A stretch of 64,000 bases of DNA, from assembly GCA_036339735.1 (NCBI GenBank), contig JAYZAL010000079.1, positions 32,001-96,000 of the forward strand. The letters run 5' to 3'. Each line of letters opens with the position of its first letter. Positions within the stretch are counted from its first letter, which is position 1. The notes beneath the pieces were generated by a model. That model did no database searches. It was not told where the DNA came from and saw only the letters and a list, made by a program, of their open reading frames with translations. Shown here piece after piece: positions 39,796-50,129 of this stretch. The translations under genes and the position numbers were made by a program. The stretch comes from Candidatus Poribacteria bacterium. Lineage in GTDB: Bacteria; Poribacteria; WGA-4E; UBA9662.

Positions 39796-42206
39796 TACTA
39801 TCAACATTTGAGCAGAAGGAAAATGCGATGTTAAATCGATCATTGCCCGTGCCCCAATTACTTTTCAACTTGATTGGCTTGTCGCTTGGTCTGATTTGGC
39901 CCCTATTGGCTAGTAGCCAGCTGCATCATCATCGTGCTTTGCCTACCATTGCCTTGTCTGGCCATGACGGGTGGATCACCTCTGTGGATTACTCGCCTGA
40001 TGGTCGTTTTTTGGTTTCTGGTTCTAGTGATCGTACAGTCAGAGTTTGGTCTGTAGCTGACCGTGAGGAAGTTTCTACTTTTATTGGTCACACGTCAATG
40101 GTTAATGCCGTCGAATTTTCACCTGACGGGGAATTAATTATTTCAGCCTCCAGTGATGCGACCGTCCGTATTTGGTCTTTATCTAAACAAAAAGAAATAG
40201 CTACGATTGTTGCTCATAAGTATGGTGTAAACGATGTTACCTTTTCTCCGGATGGAAAGCTCTTTGCAACAGCGGCGAGGGACTATACGGTTAAATTGTG
40301 GTCAACTGAAACATTAGAGGCTGTTGCTGTTTTGGATCGGCAACGTAACCTAGTACAGTCGGTTCAATTCTCCCCTGATGGACAGACACTGCTCACAGGA
40401 TCCGATAGTACTCGACTCTGGCAGGTTTCTGATTTCACACAACTGGATTCTTGGAATGTTACGAACGGTTGGACTTGGGCTATCGACTTTTCACCATCTG
40501 CCGATATATTCCTAACCGCCCAGAGTAATGGCCAAGTCAAATTGTGGCGAGCTAGCGATCGTAAAGAGATTCAGTCTTTGGCTGGACATGAGTCTGATGT
40601 TTCAGAAGCTAAATTTTCGCCGAATGGTCAATTTATTGCTTCTGTGTCGCGTGAAATCCGCCTATGGTCAGTCATTGGTATGTCTACAGTTGCACGACTT
40701 AAGGATGGAGAAAACTACATTCACTCTGTTGACTTCTCTCCGGATGGTCGATCCATTGCAACTGGAACACATAATCGTACTATTCTAATATGGGATATCC
40801 AACCTTATCTTAACCCTACAATTTTGCAAGCTGAAGTTGTTTCTACAACTTTTGAATCTGTTGATATCGACATAAACGTCGCCAACGCTAATGATCTATA
40901 CGGTTTTCAGTTTGATCTCAAATTTGATCCCAAAATCTTGACGTTACGATCGGTGACAGAGGGAGATTTTCTGAAAAAAGCGGGTGGTGAAACTTATTGG
41001 ATGCCAGGTAATGTTGACGACTCCTCTGGTATCATTCATCGTATGCTCGGTATGCGTCTCGCGCCTGGTGAGGTTATCGGCAAAGGTCAGTTAGCCCGTT
41101 TAAGCTTCTTGCCCAAACAGACTTTCGATAGCCGGATCGAGATTACTGATTTTCAGTTATCTAACGAAGAAAGCAAACCGATTGTCGCTTATGCGAATGG
41201 TGTTACCGTTAATATGCCAATTCGTGTTTCTGCTGATATTTTTGTCAACGCTTGGACTGATGGGCCTAATGTTTTAGCTGAGGTTCAACTTGGGTTTCCT
41301 GTCAATGTACATGGTTTTCAGGTTGATCTTAATTATCCTTCACAGCTAGAGTTGCTTCCCTTAGATAAACCTGAACTTGTATTCGATATTAACAAAGTTC
41401 GCGGTATTACTCAAAATACTTTGTTTAAATTTCGGATACATCAGGGGGGAAATTTGAAATTTACTTTGTCCGATGGATTATTGAGTGGACCGCTGGAAAC
41501 GACAGCTTTGCCTACATTGTATTCCAAACAAATAGAGGTGATTGCCGCCCCACCTTGGGATATAAATCGAGACTACGTAGTTGATTTATTTGACTTAGTG
41601 ATTCTTGCTAGCCACTTAGGTCAAGAGGTTTTGGGACAACCACGTCCGAATCCCGATGTTAACAGAGATGGAAAAGTTGATTTATTTGACTTCGTCAAAG
41701 TTGGTGCGAACTATAATCGAGCCTATTCACCTAATCCTGTAAACCAAAATGACGTTTTGACAGCTCCCACAGTTCTCGCTCAACCTACTATTGATCTATC
41801 TGACCTCATTCCAATTGTACTCGAGCTAGAACGACATCCTATGGCAAATCATCCAAACTTTTTGCTAACTCGCCAGTTATTATCATCCTTGATTTCACCT
41901 CAATCTATACGTCTATACCCCAACTATCCTAACCCTTTTAATCCTGAAACATGGATACCCTTCCAGTTACACCAAACAACTGAGGTAGTAATCAGGATTT
42001 ACAATGTAGCTGGTGCGTGTGTTCGTCAATTGGATTTAGGCATACAGCCTGCAGGTTCTTATCTTACCAAGGATCGAGCGGCCTATTGGGATGGTAAAAA
42101 TAAGCAGGGCGAACAACTACCCAGTGATGTGTATTACTACCAGTTACATGTTAATAAGCCACAATCAACAGTAGTTCCGACCCGATCTATGATGATAATA
42201 AAATGA
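39792..42206 (+). CDS. Secreted WD40 beta-propeller + cohesin + dockerin + FlgD-Ig/T9SS-like C-terminal domain protein (start possibly 39828)
   Basis: Seven GH..FSPDG..W repeats; DLYGFQFDLKFDP..VTEGDFL..GKGQLA cohesin-like; WDINRD..PDVNRDGKVDLFD; NYPNPFNPETWIPF. Confidence 0.85.
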   Translation: MILSTFEQKENAMLNRSLPVPQLLFNLIGLSLGLIWPLLASSQLHHHRALPTIALSGHDGWITSVDYSPDGRFLVSGSSDRTVRVWSVADREEVSTFIGHTSMVNAVEFSPDGELIISASSDATVRIWSLSKQKEIATIVAHKYGVNDVTFSPDGKLFATAARDYTVKLWSTETLEAVAVLDRQRNLVQSVQFSPDGQTLLTGSDSTRLWQVSDFTQLDSWNVTNGWTWAIDFSPSADIFLTAQSNGQVKLWRASDRKEIQSLAGHESDVSEAKFSPNGQFIASVSREIRLWSVIGMSTVARLKDGENYIHSVDFSPDGRSIATGTHNRTILIWDIQPYLNPTILQAEVVSTTFESVDIDINVANANDLYGFQFDLKFDPKILTLRSVTEGDFLKKAGGETYWMPGNVDDSSGIIHRMLGMRLAPGEVIGKGQLARLSFLPKQTFDSRIEITDFQLSNEESKPIVAYANGVTVNMPIRVSADIFVNAWTDGPNVLAEVQLGFPVNVHGFQVDLNYPSQLELLPLDKPELVFDINKVRGITQNTLFKFRIHQGGNLKFTLSDGLLSGPLETTALPTLYSKQIEVIAAPPWDINRDYVVDLFDLVILASHLGQEVLGQPRPNPDVNRDGKVDLFDFVKVGANYNRAYSPNPVNQNDVLTAPTVLAQPTIDLSDLIPIVLELERHPMANHPNFLLTRQLLSSLISPQSIRLYPNYPNPFNPETWIPFQLHQTTEVVIRIYNVAGACVRQLDLGIQPAGSYLTKDRAAYWDGKNKQGEQLPSDVYYYQLHVNKPQSTVVPTRSMMIIK

Positions 42207-42333
42207 ATTATAGGAAAGACTACTACGTTTATTGAATATTAACAGATTAAATCGATTGTGATATCATCTATTGTCGAGGTTCCGTTGTCTTGAATCTAGA
42301 CAAAACCTTAGTTAAATGGGAGGCACCTAAAAA

Positions 42334-43239
42334 TTGAAATCAGCACCGCCTACTTATCCTGATGGGCAAGTAGGACAAGCCAATACTCTTATCAAATACA
42401 ACAATCGCCTCCCTGTAGAATCTGGGCCTAAAAAGGGTGGATTGTTTGGCAGCCGGAAAAAGAAAGCGCCCAGTGGTTTAGTTTCAAGAGACCAAGTCAA
42501 AGAATTACTATTTCAATCGATTAGTAGCATGCCCGATCAGGAAGCTAAGATGCTGAGAGGCATTTTTGCTCTTTCCAATACTACTGTTCGAGAACTGATG
42601 GTACCACTTTCTGAGTTGATGGCTGTCCATATAAGTACTCCAACTGACCAAGTCAAATCTATGGTCAAAAACAGCAACTATCAACATTTACCAGTTTATG
42701 AGCAACGTATTGACCGCCTGACTGGTATTGTCAGTTTAACTGATATTCTATATGCTCATAGTGAGGAAAGTGAGCTAAATAGCTTTATTCGCCCAGCTCA
42801 TTATGTCCCTGAAACCAAACTTGCTAGCGATCTTCTAGAGGATTTACGGACTGCTGAAGATCCGGTTGCTATTATTATTGATGAGCACGGTGGTTGTGTT
42901 GGGTTTATTAGCTTTTTTGATATTATTGAATTAATCGTTGGTACTATTTCCCACACTCAAAGGCGTCATAACCTACAAGTTGAAGCTCTAGGTAATGGCA
43001 CTTGGGTAATTGATGCTCGCGCCCCAATTGATATAGTCAACGAACAACTCGGAATTCAAGTTCCTAAGGATCGTTGCGACACAATTGGCGGTTTTATTCT
43101 TAAACTTTTAGGCGAGTTACCAGCTCAAGGAGTCAAAATCAACTTCGATGGTATTGAATTTGAAGTAGAAGAAGTTTTTAGCTATGGTATTACGGTTCTT
43201 CATGCTAGAAAATCTAATCCTCCTGCAATCAGAAATTAG
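42334..43239 (+). CDS. CorC/HlyC-like CBS-pair protein lacking a CNNM membrane domain
   Basis: VRELMVP, HLPVY, VPETK, IIDEHGG, DTIGGF; GGAGG RBS before the TTG. Confidence 0.85.
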   Translation: MKSAPPTYPDGQVGQANTLIKYNNRLPVESGPKKGGLFGSRKKKAPSGLVSRDQVKELLFQSISSMPDQEAKMLRGIFALSNTTVRELMVPLSELMAVHISTPTDQVKSMVKNSNYQHLPVYEQRIDRLTGIVSLTDILYAHSEESELNSFIRPAHYVPETKLASDLLEDLRTAEDPVAIIIDEHGGCVGFISFFDIIELIVGTISHTQRRHNLQVEALGNGTWVIDARAPIDIVNEQLGIQVPKDRCDTIGGFILKLLGELPAQGVKINFDGIEFEVEEVFSYGITVLHARKSNPPAIRN

Positions 43240-43271
43240 TTTATCATCACATCAGAACGGAACTAAGTCAT

Positions 43272-43394
43272 ATGATGCAGTATCGACAAAGACGTCCATC
43301 TCCTGGTTGGGGACGGGTAATTTGGTATACGATTTTGCTGATTGGAATCATAATTGCGATGAACAATATGATTTCGATTACTAAGCATTTTTGA
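43272..43394 (+). CDS. Small (40 aa) single-pass membrane protein, not in the ORF track
   Basis: Manual translation MMQYRQRRPSPGWGRVIWYTILLIGIIIAMNNMISITKHF; fills the intergenic gap co-directionally. Confidence 0.6.
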   Translation: MMQYRQRRPSPGWGRVIWYTILLIGIIIAMNNMISITKHF

Positions 43395-43461
43395 CCGTTG
43401 ATCAAATAACAATCAAGTTTCAGCGTACCTTTGCGCTCAAATTTCTTTCGAAGAGGGATTT

Positions 43462-44802
43462 ATGTCACGACACTTGCAAATGGGTTTTTGTCTGGTTCTA
43501 ACTTTATTTTTCCTCACCTTTTCTGTTCAAGCAGCTCAAGACAAACTAGTTATAATTTCACCGCATTGGGAAGGCATAGAACAGGAGTTCAACCGTGGGT
43601 TCGAATCTTGGTATGAAGAACAGACGGGTCGAACTATCAAAATGGATTGGTTGGATCAAGGAGGTACATCTTCTGATATCCGCTTTATCGAAGCTGAATA
43701 CAAGCGTCTCAAAGATGGGATCAATATAGATTTGCTATTTGGTGGTGGTACTGATGCTTTTATGAAATTAGCTGAAATGGGGCTTTTAGAAACCTACAAG
43801 CTGCCGGAAAATCAACTCACGGGATTACCCACAGATATGCATGGTATTCCCGTCTACGATAGTCAATACCGATGGTATGGAGCTGCATTGTCTAGCTTTG
43901 GTGTAATGCATAATGAAGCTCTTCGCTCTCGACTGAAGTTGCCTAGAGTTAGTAATTGGAAAGATTTGACTAATCCTCGTTTAATTGGTCGTGTTGGTGC
44001 AGCTGACCCGAGAGAAAGCGGCAGTGCCCATATGATCTACGAAATTATCTTGCAAGGATATGGTTGGCAAGATGGTTTTTCCATCTTAACTCAACTAGCA
44101 GCTAACGTGCGTGGTTTTTCCGCAGGTTCTAATGCAATTCCAAAGGACGTAGTAGCTGGCCAAGTGATCTACGGCATGGCCATTGACTTCTATGCCTATG
44201 GGGCTATTGCTCAGCAGAGTGATCCAAACAAGATTCAGTATACTCTACCCCCAGACGCAACGGTCATCGCTCCCGACTCGATTGCGATCTTAAAGGGTGC
44301 TCCTAACAAAAAAATTGCTGAAATGTTTGTAACTTATGTTATGTCTAAAACAGGTCAGAAATTATGGTTATTGAGAGATACGGACCCGGAAGGTCCCAAA
44401 ATTAAGGGAGGACTCAACCGTGCCAGTGTTTTGCCATCTCTTTACGACGAACTTGGGGATCGGTCAGTGGTAAGCAATCCTTTTGAGAGTTCACTTACCC
44501 CTATTCAGTACGATCCCGTGAAGGGGAGTTCACGCACCAAAGTGCTGAATGATCTAATGGGAGCATTGCTGATAGATCAACACAAGGAGTTGGTCAAAAC
44601 TTGGAGAGCTATCCATAAATCGAAAAATGAAGACAAAAAAAATACAGCGATATCTGTTTTATGTGAGCTTCCTTTGACCGAATCTGAAGCGATCAGGTTA
44701 GAAGAAAAATTCAACGACAATGTTTTACGAAATAAGAAGCTCAAAGAGTGGAGTAAATTTGCTTCTGACAAATATCAGCGAGCAAGAAAAGCTTTAAAAT
44801 AG
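43462..44802 (+). CDS. ABC transporter substrate-binding protein (Fe3+/thiamine/AfuA-like)
   Basis: Signal peptide, IISPH, DLLFGGG, ADPRESGS, IAILKGAPN. Confidence 0.85.
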   Translation: MSRHLQMGFCLVLTLFFLTFSVQAAQDKLVIISPHWEGIEQEFNRGFESWYEEQTGRTIKMDWLDQGGTSSDIRFIEAEYKRLKDGINIDLLFGGGTDAFMKLAEMGLLETYKLPENQLTGLPTDMHGIPVYDSQYRWYGAALSSFGVMHNEALRSRLKLPRVSNWKDLTNPRLIGRVGAADPRESGSAHMIYEIILQGYGWQDGFSILTQLAANVRGFSAGSNAIPKDVVAGQVIYGMAIDFYAYGAIAQQSDPNKIQYTLPPDATVIAPDSIAILKGAPNKKIAEMFVTYVMSKTGQKLWLLRDTDPEGPKIKGGLNRASVLPSLYDELGDRSVVSNPFESSLTPIQYDPVKGSSRTKVLNDLMGALLIDQHKELVKTWRAIHKSKNEDKKNTAISVLCELPLTESEAIRLEEKFNDNVLRNKKLKEWSKFASDKYQRARKALK

Positions 44803-44870
44803 GATTAATAATTAAGCCAGTTTTTTGTTGATTTCACATTCATTGAACAGGAACTTGTTGTAGTTTATCA

Positions 44871-45704
44871 TCATTTTTTGCTAGTTTTTTTCTGCTCCTT
44901 CCAACGTATAACTGCCCTGTTTTTTATTTCTTTCCAATGGTTACGCCAGCTGGTTTTTCCTTCATAGCGAACGATATCATGAATGGTTGCTCGTGGCTGA
45001 TAGGTGACATAATTTCCCGTATGCCACCCTAAGTTACGATAGATCATAAAATCACCCGGCCCTAAATGGACTTGGACCGCGGATGGAAAACTACGACAAT
45101 GATCTAGATAGTAGCGCTCAGCTTGGACGTTAGACATGTCTGAAGGTGGCTTCCGCAAGTTGACCTGATGTGTTGTTTGGCGCTCTCCGGGCAAATCAAA
45201 CTGTCGTAAATGGCTACCCGGAACAAACCAAGTGCAAGAGTCAGCATAAATAGCACAGTTGACCTGGTTATAGTAGCGTAAGTCATGCCATACCGAACTC
45301 AGCTCTTTTTTGATTTCATCATCATATGCTTCCGGTGGGACTTCCACAACACCGTCTCGATGCCATCCAATATGCCAAGGATGATCAACTGGTTCTACCA
45401 ACAAACCCATTATGTCAAGGTGCCCATGTGTGTAAGGTTGTCCAAGTAGCTTTTCGGTCGCATCTTTAAGCTCAGGCAAATTGGTATAATCTTCGAACGG
45501 GCTTAAATTGAGATCATCGGCATAATTAGATAATGGTTGGATACGCTGAGTCTGAGCTCCATTCAGCTGATGGGCCAACCGACGAGCTTTGTCGGCTTCA
45601 ACTCGTAAGTCAGTCATTAGTGCAGGAGGTATAATTCCTCGAAATACCAGATACCCTTGTGATAAGTATTGATCAATCATCTCTGATTTAAACTGAAAAC
45701 CCAT
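44871..45704 (-). CDS. PhyH-family dioxygenase
   Basis: QGYLV, WHRD, VPGSH, GWHTG. Confidence 0.88.
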   Translation of the reverse strand: MGFQFKSEMIDQYLSQGYLVFRGIIPPALMTDLRVEADKARRLAHQLNGAQTQRIQPLSNYADDLNLSPFEDYTNLPELKDATEKLLGQPYTHGHLDIMGLLVEPVDHPWHIGWHRDGVVEVPPEAYDDEIKKELSSVWHDLRYYNQVNCAIYADSCTWFVPGSHLRQFDLPGERQTTHQVNLRKPPSDMSNVQAERYYLDHCRSFPSAVQVHLGPGDFMIYRNLGWHTGNYVTYQPRATIHDIVRYEGKTSWRNHWKEIKNRAVIRWKEQKKTSKK

Positions 45705-45710
45705 TCTTTT

Positions 45711-46604
45711 TTACTCTGAAATTTCTCTCTTCTTGTAGAAGGTTTTTCGGTTATGTTGAAATAATGGTTCTTCCATCAAGCTTTGGACTTCGTAAATAGA
45801 TCCCTCTTTCTCTCCATAAGGTCGAGGTATTCGAATTGGTAAATCAATCATACGGGGTTGATATGTTAATTGACCTTGTAAAATACATTCGTTAAATTGG
45901 TTCCATTCCGTCACTCCAAGAATAGGCCATGCATCGATGGCACAATATTGAATTAAGAATAAACGTCTTGGCTGACTTGAGGTATTAGAAGATGAACCAT
46001 GTAATGTTCGAACATGATGTAATGAAATTCCTCCAGCGTTAACTTCTACGGGAACTGCACCTTGAGGTGTAAAATTGGCTTCTGTGATTGCACCGACGAA
46101 AACACCATCCTGATGATGATTGTATACTGGACCAGTGTGAGAACCGGGAACTACCATCATACATGAGTTTTCAATTCTCATGTCATCCAAAGCAATACCA
46201 ACAGCTAGAAGGTCATCATTAGTATGTGGATAAAAAGCCCAGTCCTGATGCCATTGTACAGGACTGCCAGATCTTGGGTTTTTCATATTCAGCTTATGCC
46301 CATTTTGTCGGATCCCACTACCAATTAATTGACTAACCAAATTAAGAATATTAGGGTGTCGCATGGCTTGGTCGTAAACTGAATGGTGATTAGCCGGACT
46401 TTTGATACGACGAACGTGGGGTTCTTCAGCTGTATGGTTAGGTTCTAGGTCAAAAACATCTGTGTGGGTTTCGACTGAACGGGATTTGTCCACAAATTCG
46501 TCAGTTACTCGACACAAATCAACCAGCAATTTTTTGGGTATCACATTTTCAACCGCTAGATAACCTTGCTGACGATAGAATTTGACTTGCTCTGGGGTTA
46601 GCAT
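45711..46604 (-). CDS. PhyH-family dioxygenase
   Basis: LTPEQVKFYRQQGYL, WHQD, VPGSH, LHGS. Confidence 0.93.
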   Translation of the reverse strand: MLTPEQVKFYRQQGYLAVENVIPKKLLVDLCRVTDEFVDKSRSVETHTDVFDLEPNHTAEEPHVRRIKSPANHHSVYDQAMRHPNILNLVSQLIGSGIRQNGHKLNMKNPRSGSPVQWHQDWAFYPHTNDDLLAVGIALDDMRIENSCMMVVPGSHTGPVYNHHQDGVFVGAITEANFTPQGAVPVEVNAGGISLHHVRTLHGSSSNTSSQPRRLFLIQYCAIDAWPILGVTEWNQFNECILQGQLTYQPRMIDLPIRIPRPYGEKEGSIYEVQSLMEEPLFQHNRKTFYKKREISE

Positions 46605-46625
46605 TGTCCTTTCTCCTGATTTGAT

Positions 46626-47579
46626 TCATTCCGCTAATGCTGCAAAAAGGGCTTTAATGTAACCGATAGAGTAAGATAAACCATGACTCAAATTTCCTCT
46701 ATCGCCCTCAAGTGTTGGAATATGATCAGCATTAATACAACCATCAAATCTAACTTTGTCCAGATGTCGCAAAATTTTGAAAAGATTCATATCTCCGTCG
46801 TCTAGTAAGACCTCTTCAAATCCGCCTGCAGTGGCTAAGCTGCCTCGTACGTTACGCAAGTGAACCATGAAAATTTTACCTTTCCGACCATAGTTATTGA
46901 TTTCATCTATAACTATAGCTGAACCACCAGCTTCAGACCGGGTTCCGCAGCAATAAAGGTAGCCCACACTTCTACTGGGGAAAAAGTCAATTACCCGGTG
47001 AAAACCGATTCCTCCAAGTGGGGTATCAGGATTTGGAACATCACTGGGATGGATTGCTAATTTAATTCCCGCATCCTCAGCAATTGGGACTAGCGCTTGA
47101 TATACTAAACAAAAACGTTCCCACCACAACTCTAAATCCTGTAATGCTGGAGTTTGAGGCTTTCCCTTCGTTAAGTATCTACTCTCTCCACGGGATTTAT
47201 AACCACCTCGGTGTCTTGACTGATAACGTGTCATCAACTGTGGGAAGGTGTCACCTGCGAAACGTTGCCGAACCAGTGGACAACCTGCCTCGGCAAAGAC
47301 ATGCAAAGCCTTTGTAGTATTTTCTAATTCGATTTCGCTATCATCTTGACCACTCATGAATTTTTCACTGATATTCGGTAAAGTAACCCGATTAATTTCC
47401 AACCCCCAAGAGTGAATCTTTTTCTTAATTTTTAATAGTTCATCTAAATCAGGATAACCTTGTTCTTGAACACCGGGAAAGCTGCTATCGGTACCAAAAT
47501 CTATCGCATCAGCGCCAAGTTGAGTAATCAGTTTTAAGTAATTATCGTCTAATCCGCGATCCCAAACAGAAATTCTCAT
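46626..47579 (-). CDS. Mannonate dehydratase-like (UxuA family) protein
   Basis: LAIHPSD, CCGT, VHLRNV, DGDMN, DHIP, YSIGYIKAL. Confidence 0.8.
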   Translation of the reverse strand: MRISVWDRGLDDNYLKLITQLGADAIDFGTDSSFPGVQEQGYPDLDELLKIKKKIHSWGLEINRVTLPNISEKFMSGQDDSEIELENTTKALHVFAEAGCPLVRQRFAGDTFPQLMTRYQSRHRGGYKSRGESRYLTKGKPQTPALQDLELWWERFCLVYQALVPIAEDAGIKLAIHPSDVPNPDTPLGGIGFHRVIDFFPSRSVGYLYCCGTRSEAGGSAIVIDEINNYGRKGKIFMVHLRNVRGSLATAGGFEEVLLDDGDMNLFKILRHLDKVRFDGCINADHIPTLEGDRGNLSHGLSYSIGYIKALFAALAE

Positions 47580-47601
47580 TATATGTACCTCTATTCTGTT
47601 T

Positions 47602-49074
47602 TTACGTAAAGCCTTGCGTCTTTTGGGTTTCTAATAACTCTAGTAATTCTTGAACGATCTTGGGTTGATCTAGGTACTGGTTGGTTAATTCCCCTGGGTC
47701 TTGGGCTAAATTATACAGTTGACCTTTGGGGCCGTTAGGTTTTGTTTCTTCACTTCGTGGACTACTAAATCCGCCAGAGCCCAATCCCTCTATGAGTTTC
47801 CAGTTTTCTCTTCGAATGGCAAAGGTACCACTGGCCGAATGATTAACTATGCTTGAACGAATAGAACCTGTGAAATTTGGATTTTTCAAAGCTGGTAGTA
47901 TACTGAAACTATCTTCTGCAGAAAGAGGCGAAGCCGTAATATCCGCTACGGTATTAAATAAGTCCGTTAGGCAAATTGTCTGGTCAGAAATTGTATTGGC
48001 TTCAATTTTTTCCGGCCAACGAGCAATAAATGGTACTCGATGACCTCCTTCCCAAATGTCAGCTTTTTGACCGCGCCAGTGATAATTGGAATGGTGACCA
48101 AATTTTTCGATATCGTTTTGATACCAATGTGAACCATTATCACTAGTTACTATAATCAAAGTTTCATTTTCAACACCGGCCGATTCGAGAGTTGCCATTA
48201 ATTGACCAATTGACCAGTCAACTTGCATGGTAAAATCACCATAGTAGCCGGCATCGCTTTTGCCTTCAAATTCGGGAATTGGCATCCAAGGTGTATGTGG
48301 GGCAGTTAGTGGGAAATAGAGGAAAAACGGTTGATCTCGCCGTGTTGCTTGTTCAACATACCTAACAGCTTGTTTTGTCAGATCAGGCAAAACATCAATG
48401 TGACGAAAATTAGGTGCAATTGGACCACCCCGCCAGAACCCACCACCGTTTTGTCTTCGATGACCACTATCTTCAACTTGATCAGTGGGTAATTCGACTG
48501 GCTTCCCATTTTCAACGTATATGTAAGGGGGCATATCGAGTGAAGCTGGAATACCCCAAAAATAGTCAAATCCATATTGATTAGGACCAGGAATTAATGG
48601 CTGATCGTAGTCAACAGGATCGACCTTCTCAACAGTTGAGTCATAAGGTTGAAAACCGAGATGCCATTTACCAATACAACCAGTTTGGTATCCTTGCTCT
48701 TTAAGCAAAGAAGCTACTGTTGGCCGACCATCCTCGATTAAACTACGAGAATATCCATTCAGAACACCATTTTTCATTCGGGAGCGCCAAGCATAACGAC
48801 CTGTTAGGACACCGTATCGTGTTGGTGTACAAACAGCAGAAGGTGAGTGCGCGTCAGTAAACCGCATCCCTTCGTTAGCCAATTTATCCATATTAGGTGT
48901 CGGAATTTTTGAATGATCGTTGTAACAACCAGGATCTCCATAACCCATATCATCAGCTAAAATAAAAATAATATTGGTTTTGCTATCATGATTGTTGACT
49001 TGTTTTTCTAGTGAACAGTCAGCAGTATAAGTAAGTAAAGTCGGCAATATTCCTAGCATTCGTTCTCCAATCAA
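47602..49074 (-). CDS. Cys-type arylsulfatase
   Basis: NIIFILADDMGYGD, CTPTR, GKWHLG, APHTP, SDNG, EGGHRVP. Confidence 0.94.
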   Translation of the reverse strand: MIGERMLGILPTLLTYTADCSLEKQVNNHDSKTNIIFILADDMGYGDPGCYNDHSKIPTPNMDKLANEGMRFTDAHSPSAVCTPTRYGVLTGRYAWRSRMKNGVLNGYSRSLIEDGRPTVASLLKEQGYQTGCIGKWHLGFQPYDSTVEKVDPVDYDQPLIPGPNQYGFDYFWGIPASLDMPPYIYVENGKPVELPTDQVEDSGHRRQNGGGFWRGGPIAPNFRHIDVLPDLTKQAVRYVEQATRRDQPFFLYFPLTAPHTPWMPIPEFEGKSDAGYYGDFTMQVDWSIGQLMATLESAGVENETLIIVTSDNGSHWYQNDIEKFGHHSNYHWRGQKADIWEGGHRVPFIARWPEKIEANTISDQTICLTDLFNTVADITASPLSAEDSFSILPALKNPNFTGSIRSSIVNHSASGTFAIRRENWKLIEGLGSGGFSSPRSEETKPNGPKGQLYNLAQDPGELTNQYLDQPKIVQELLELLETQKTQGFT

Positions 49075-49086
49075 TCAGCGAATTGT

Positions 49087-50019
49087 TTAGTGATAAGGTC
49101 GCAGGTGGTCAATCGCTGCTCGTATTTCTTCTACGATCTCTTGAGAAACACGAGGGTTAAATGGACCACCGTTACCACCATCGATATCGGTAAATCCACT
49201 CAAAATCATGGCTTCAACTACTGCGGAGTAATTATAGACCCTACCATTACGGAAGCGGATTTCTTCCAGATCAGCAATTTTATCCTCGATTTCCTGAGAG
49301 GTTTCTAGATCACCAATTCTTTGAGCGTTGTTGATTTCATCCGATGCGCGCGCAAAAATTACAGCTATACCAGATGTGTGTCCTGTAGTCCCAAGACGAT
49401 TAGCTTTGGTGCACCGATCCCCGATGCCCCAGATAACCAACCCATTATCACCTATTCCAGTGACTAAAGATTCTATGTCTCCCTCGTCTGTACCAACTTT
49501 TACACCAATGCAATGTGGGGACTCATTCACCAAGCGGATAACTACATCTCGATCACGTGGCTGCCGGAAATAGTAAATGAAGCGAGCACCATACTTTTCA
49601 CCGCAGTGTTTAGTAAACTGTTTATACTGATGATAAACACCCTCTGGATTATTTATTCCAAACAAGGGCATTAGCAAGTAAGCATCAGGAACTCGACTCA
49701 GTTTTGATTGTTGTGAAATTAGTTCCTCAGCTTGTGAAATTGGGTTGGGGACGATACCTGAAATCAGAACCCCATTTTTTCCCATTTGCTGGCCTGTGAC
49801 ATCGACTAGATTTACTTGATCAACCGGACCAATATGGTGTAGCAGGCTAGTACCACCAATCGCGATTATACGGGGTCGGTTCTGGCTAAGGTAGTTATTT
49901 TCCATTAAGTATGCAACATTTTTTCGGTGCCCATCGTAGTCAATCTCGTTACCACGAAAGGGTATTACCGGAATAGTTGTTACGGAATCAAGGACAGTTA
50001 GTAGTGTCGAAAGTTCCAT
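49087..50019 (-). CDS. DHDPS/DapA-superfamily aldolase/dehydratase (KdgD-like)
   Basis: PVIPF..EIDY, GGTS loop, Schiff-base lysine in IGVKVG. Confidence 0.72.
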   Translation of the reverse strand: MELSTLLTVLDSVTTIPVIPFRGNEIDYDGHRKNVAYLMENNYLSQNRPRIIAIGGTSLLHHIGPVDQVNLVDVTGQQMGKNGVLISGIVPNPISQAEELISQQSKLSRVPDAYLLMPLFGINNPEGVYHQYKQFTKHCGEKYGARFIYYFRQPRDRDVVIRLVNESPHCIGVKVGTDEGDIESLVTGIGDNGLVIWGIGDRCTKANRLGTTGHTSGIAVIFARASDEINNAQRIGDLETSQEIEDKIADLEEIRFRNGRVYNYSAVVEAMILSGFTDIDGGNGGPFNPRVSQEIVEEIRAAIDHLRPYH

Positions 50020-50129
50020 TTTTTATCCTTTGATTTACTCCATCTAATTTGTACAGCTAACCGTTTGAATGTAGCATGCAACCGGACAAGCGTCAAGGAA
50101 AGTGTCCTTAAGCATAAACTTTATTTGGC

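Noticed and set aside
41579-41692. 18-nt direct repeat AGTTGATTTATTTGACTT
   Set aside because: Explained by the duplicated VDLFD motif of the dockerin
43184-43384. 66-aa ORF in the track
   Set aside because: It overlaps the CorC-like 3' end; the alternative frame 43272-43394 gives a more protein-like product
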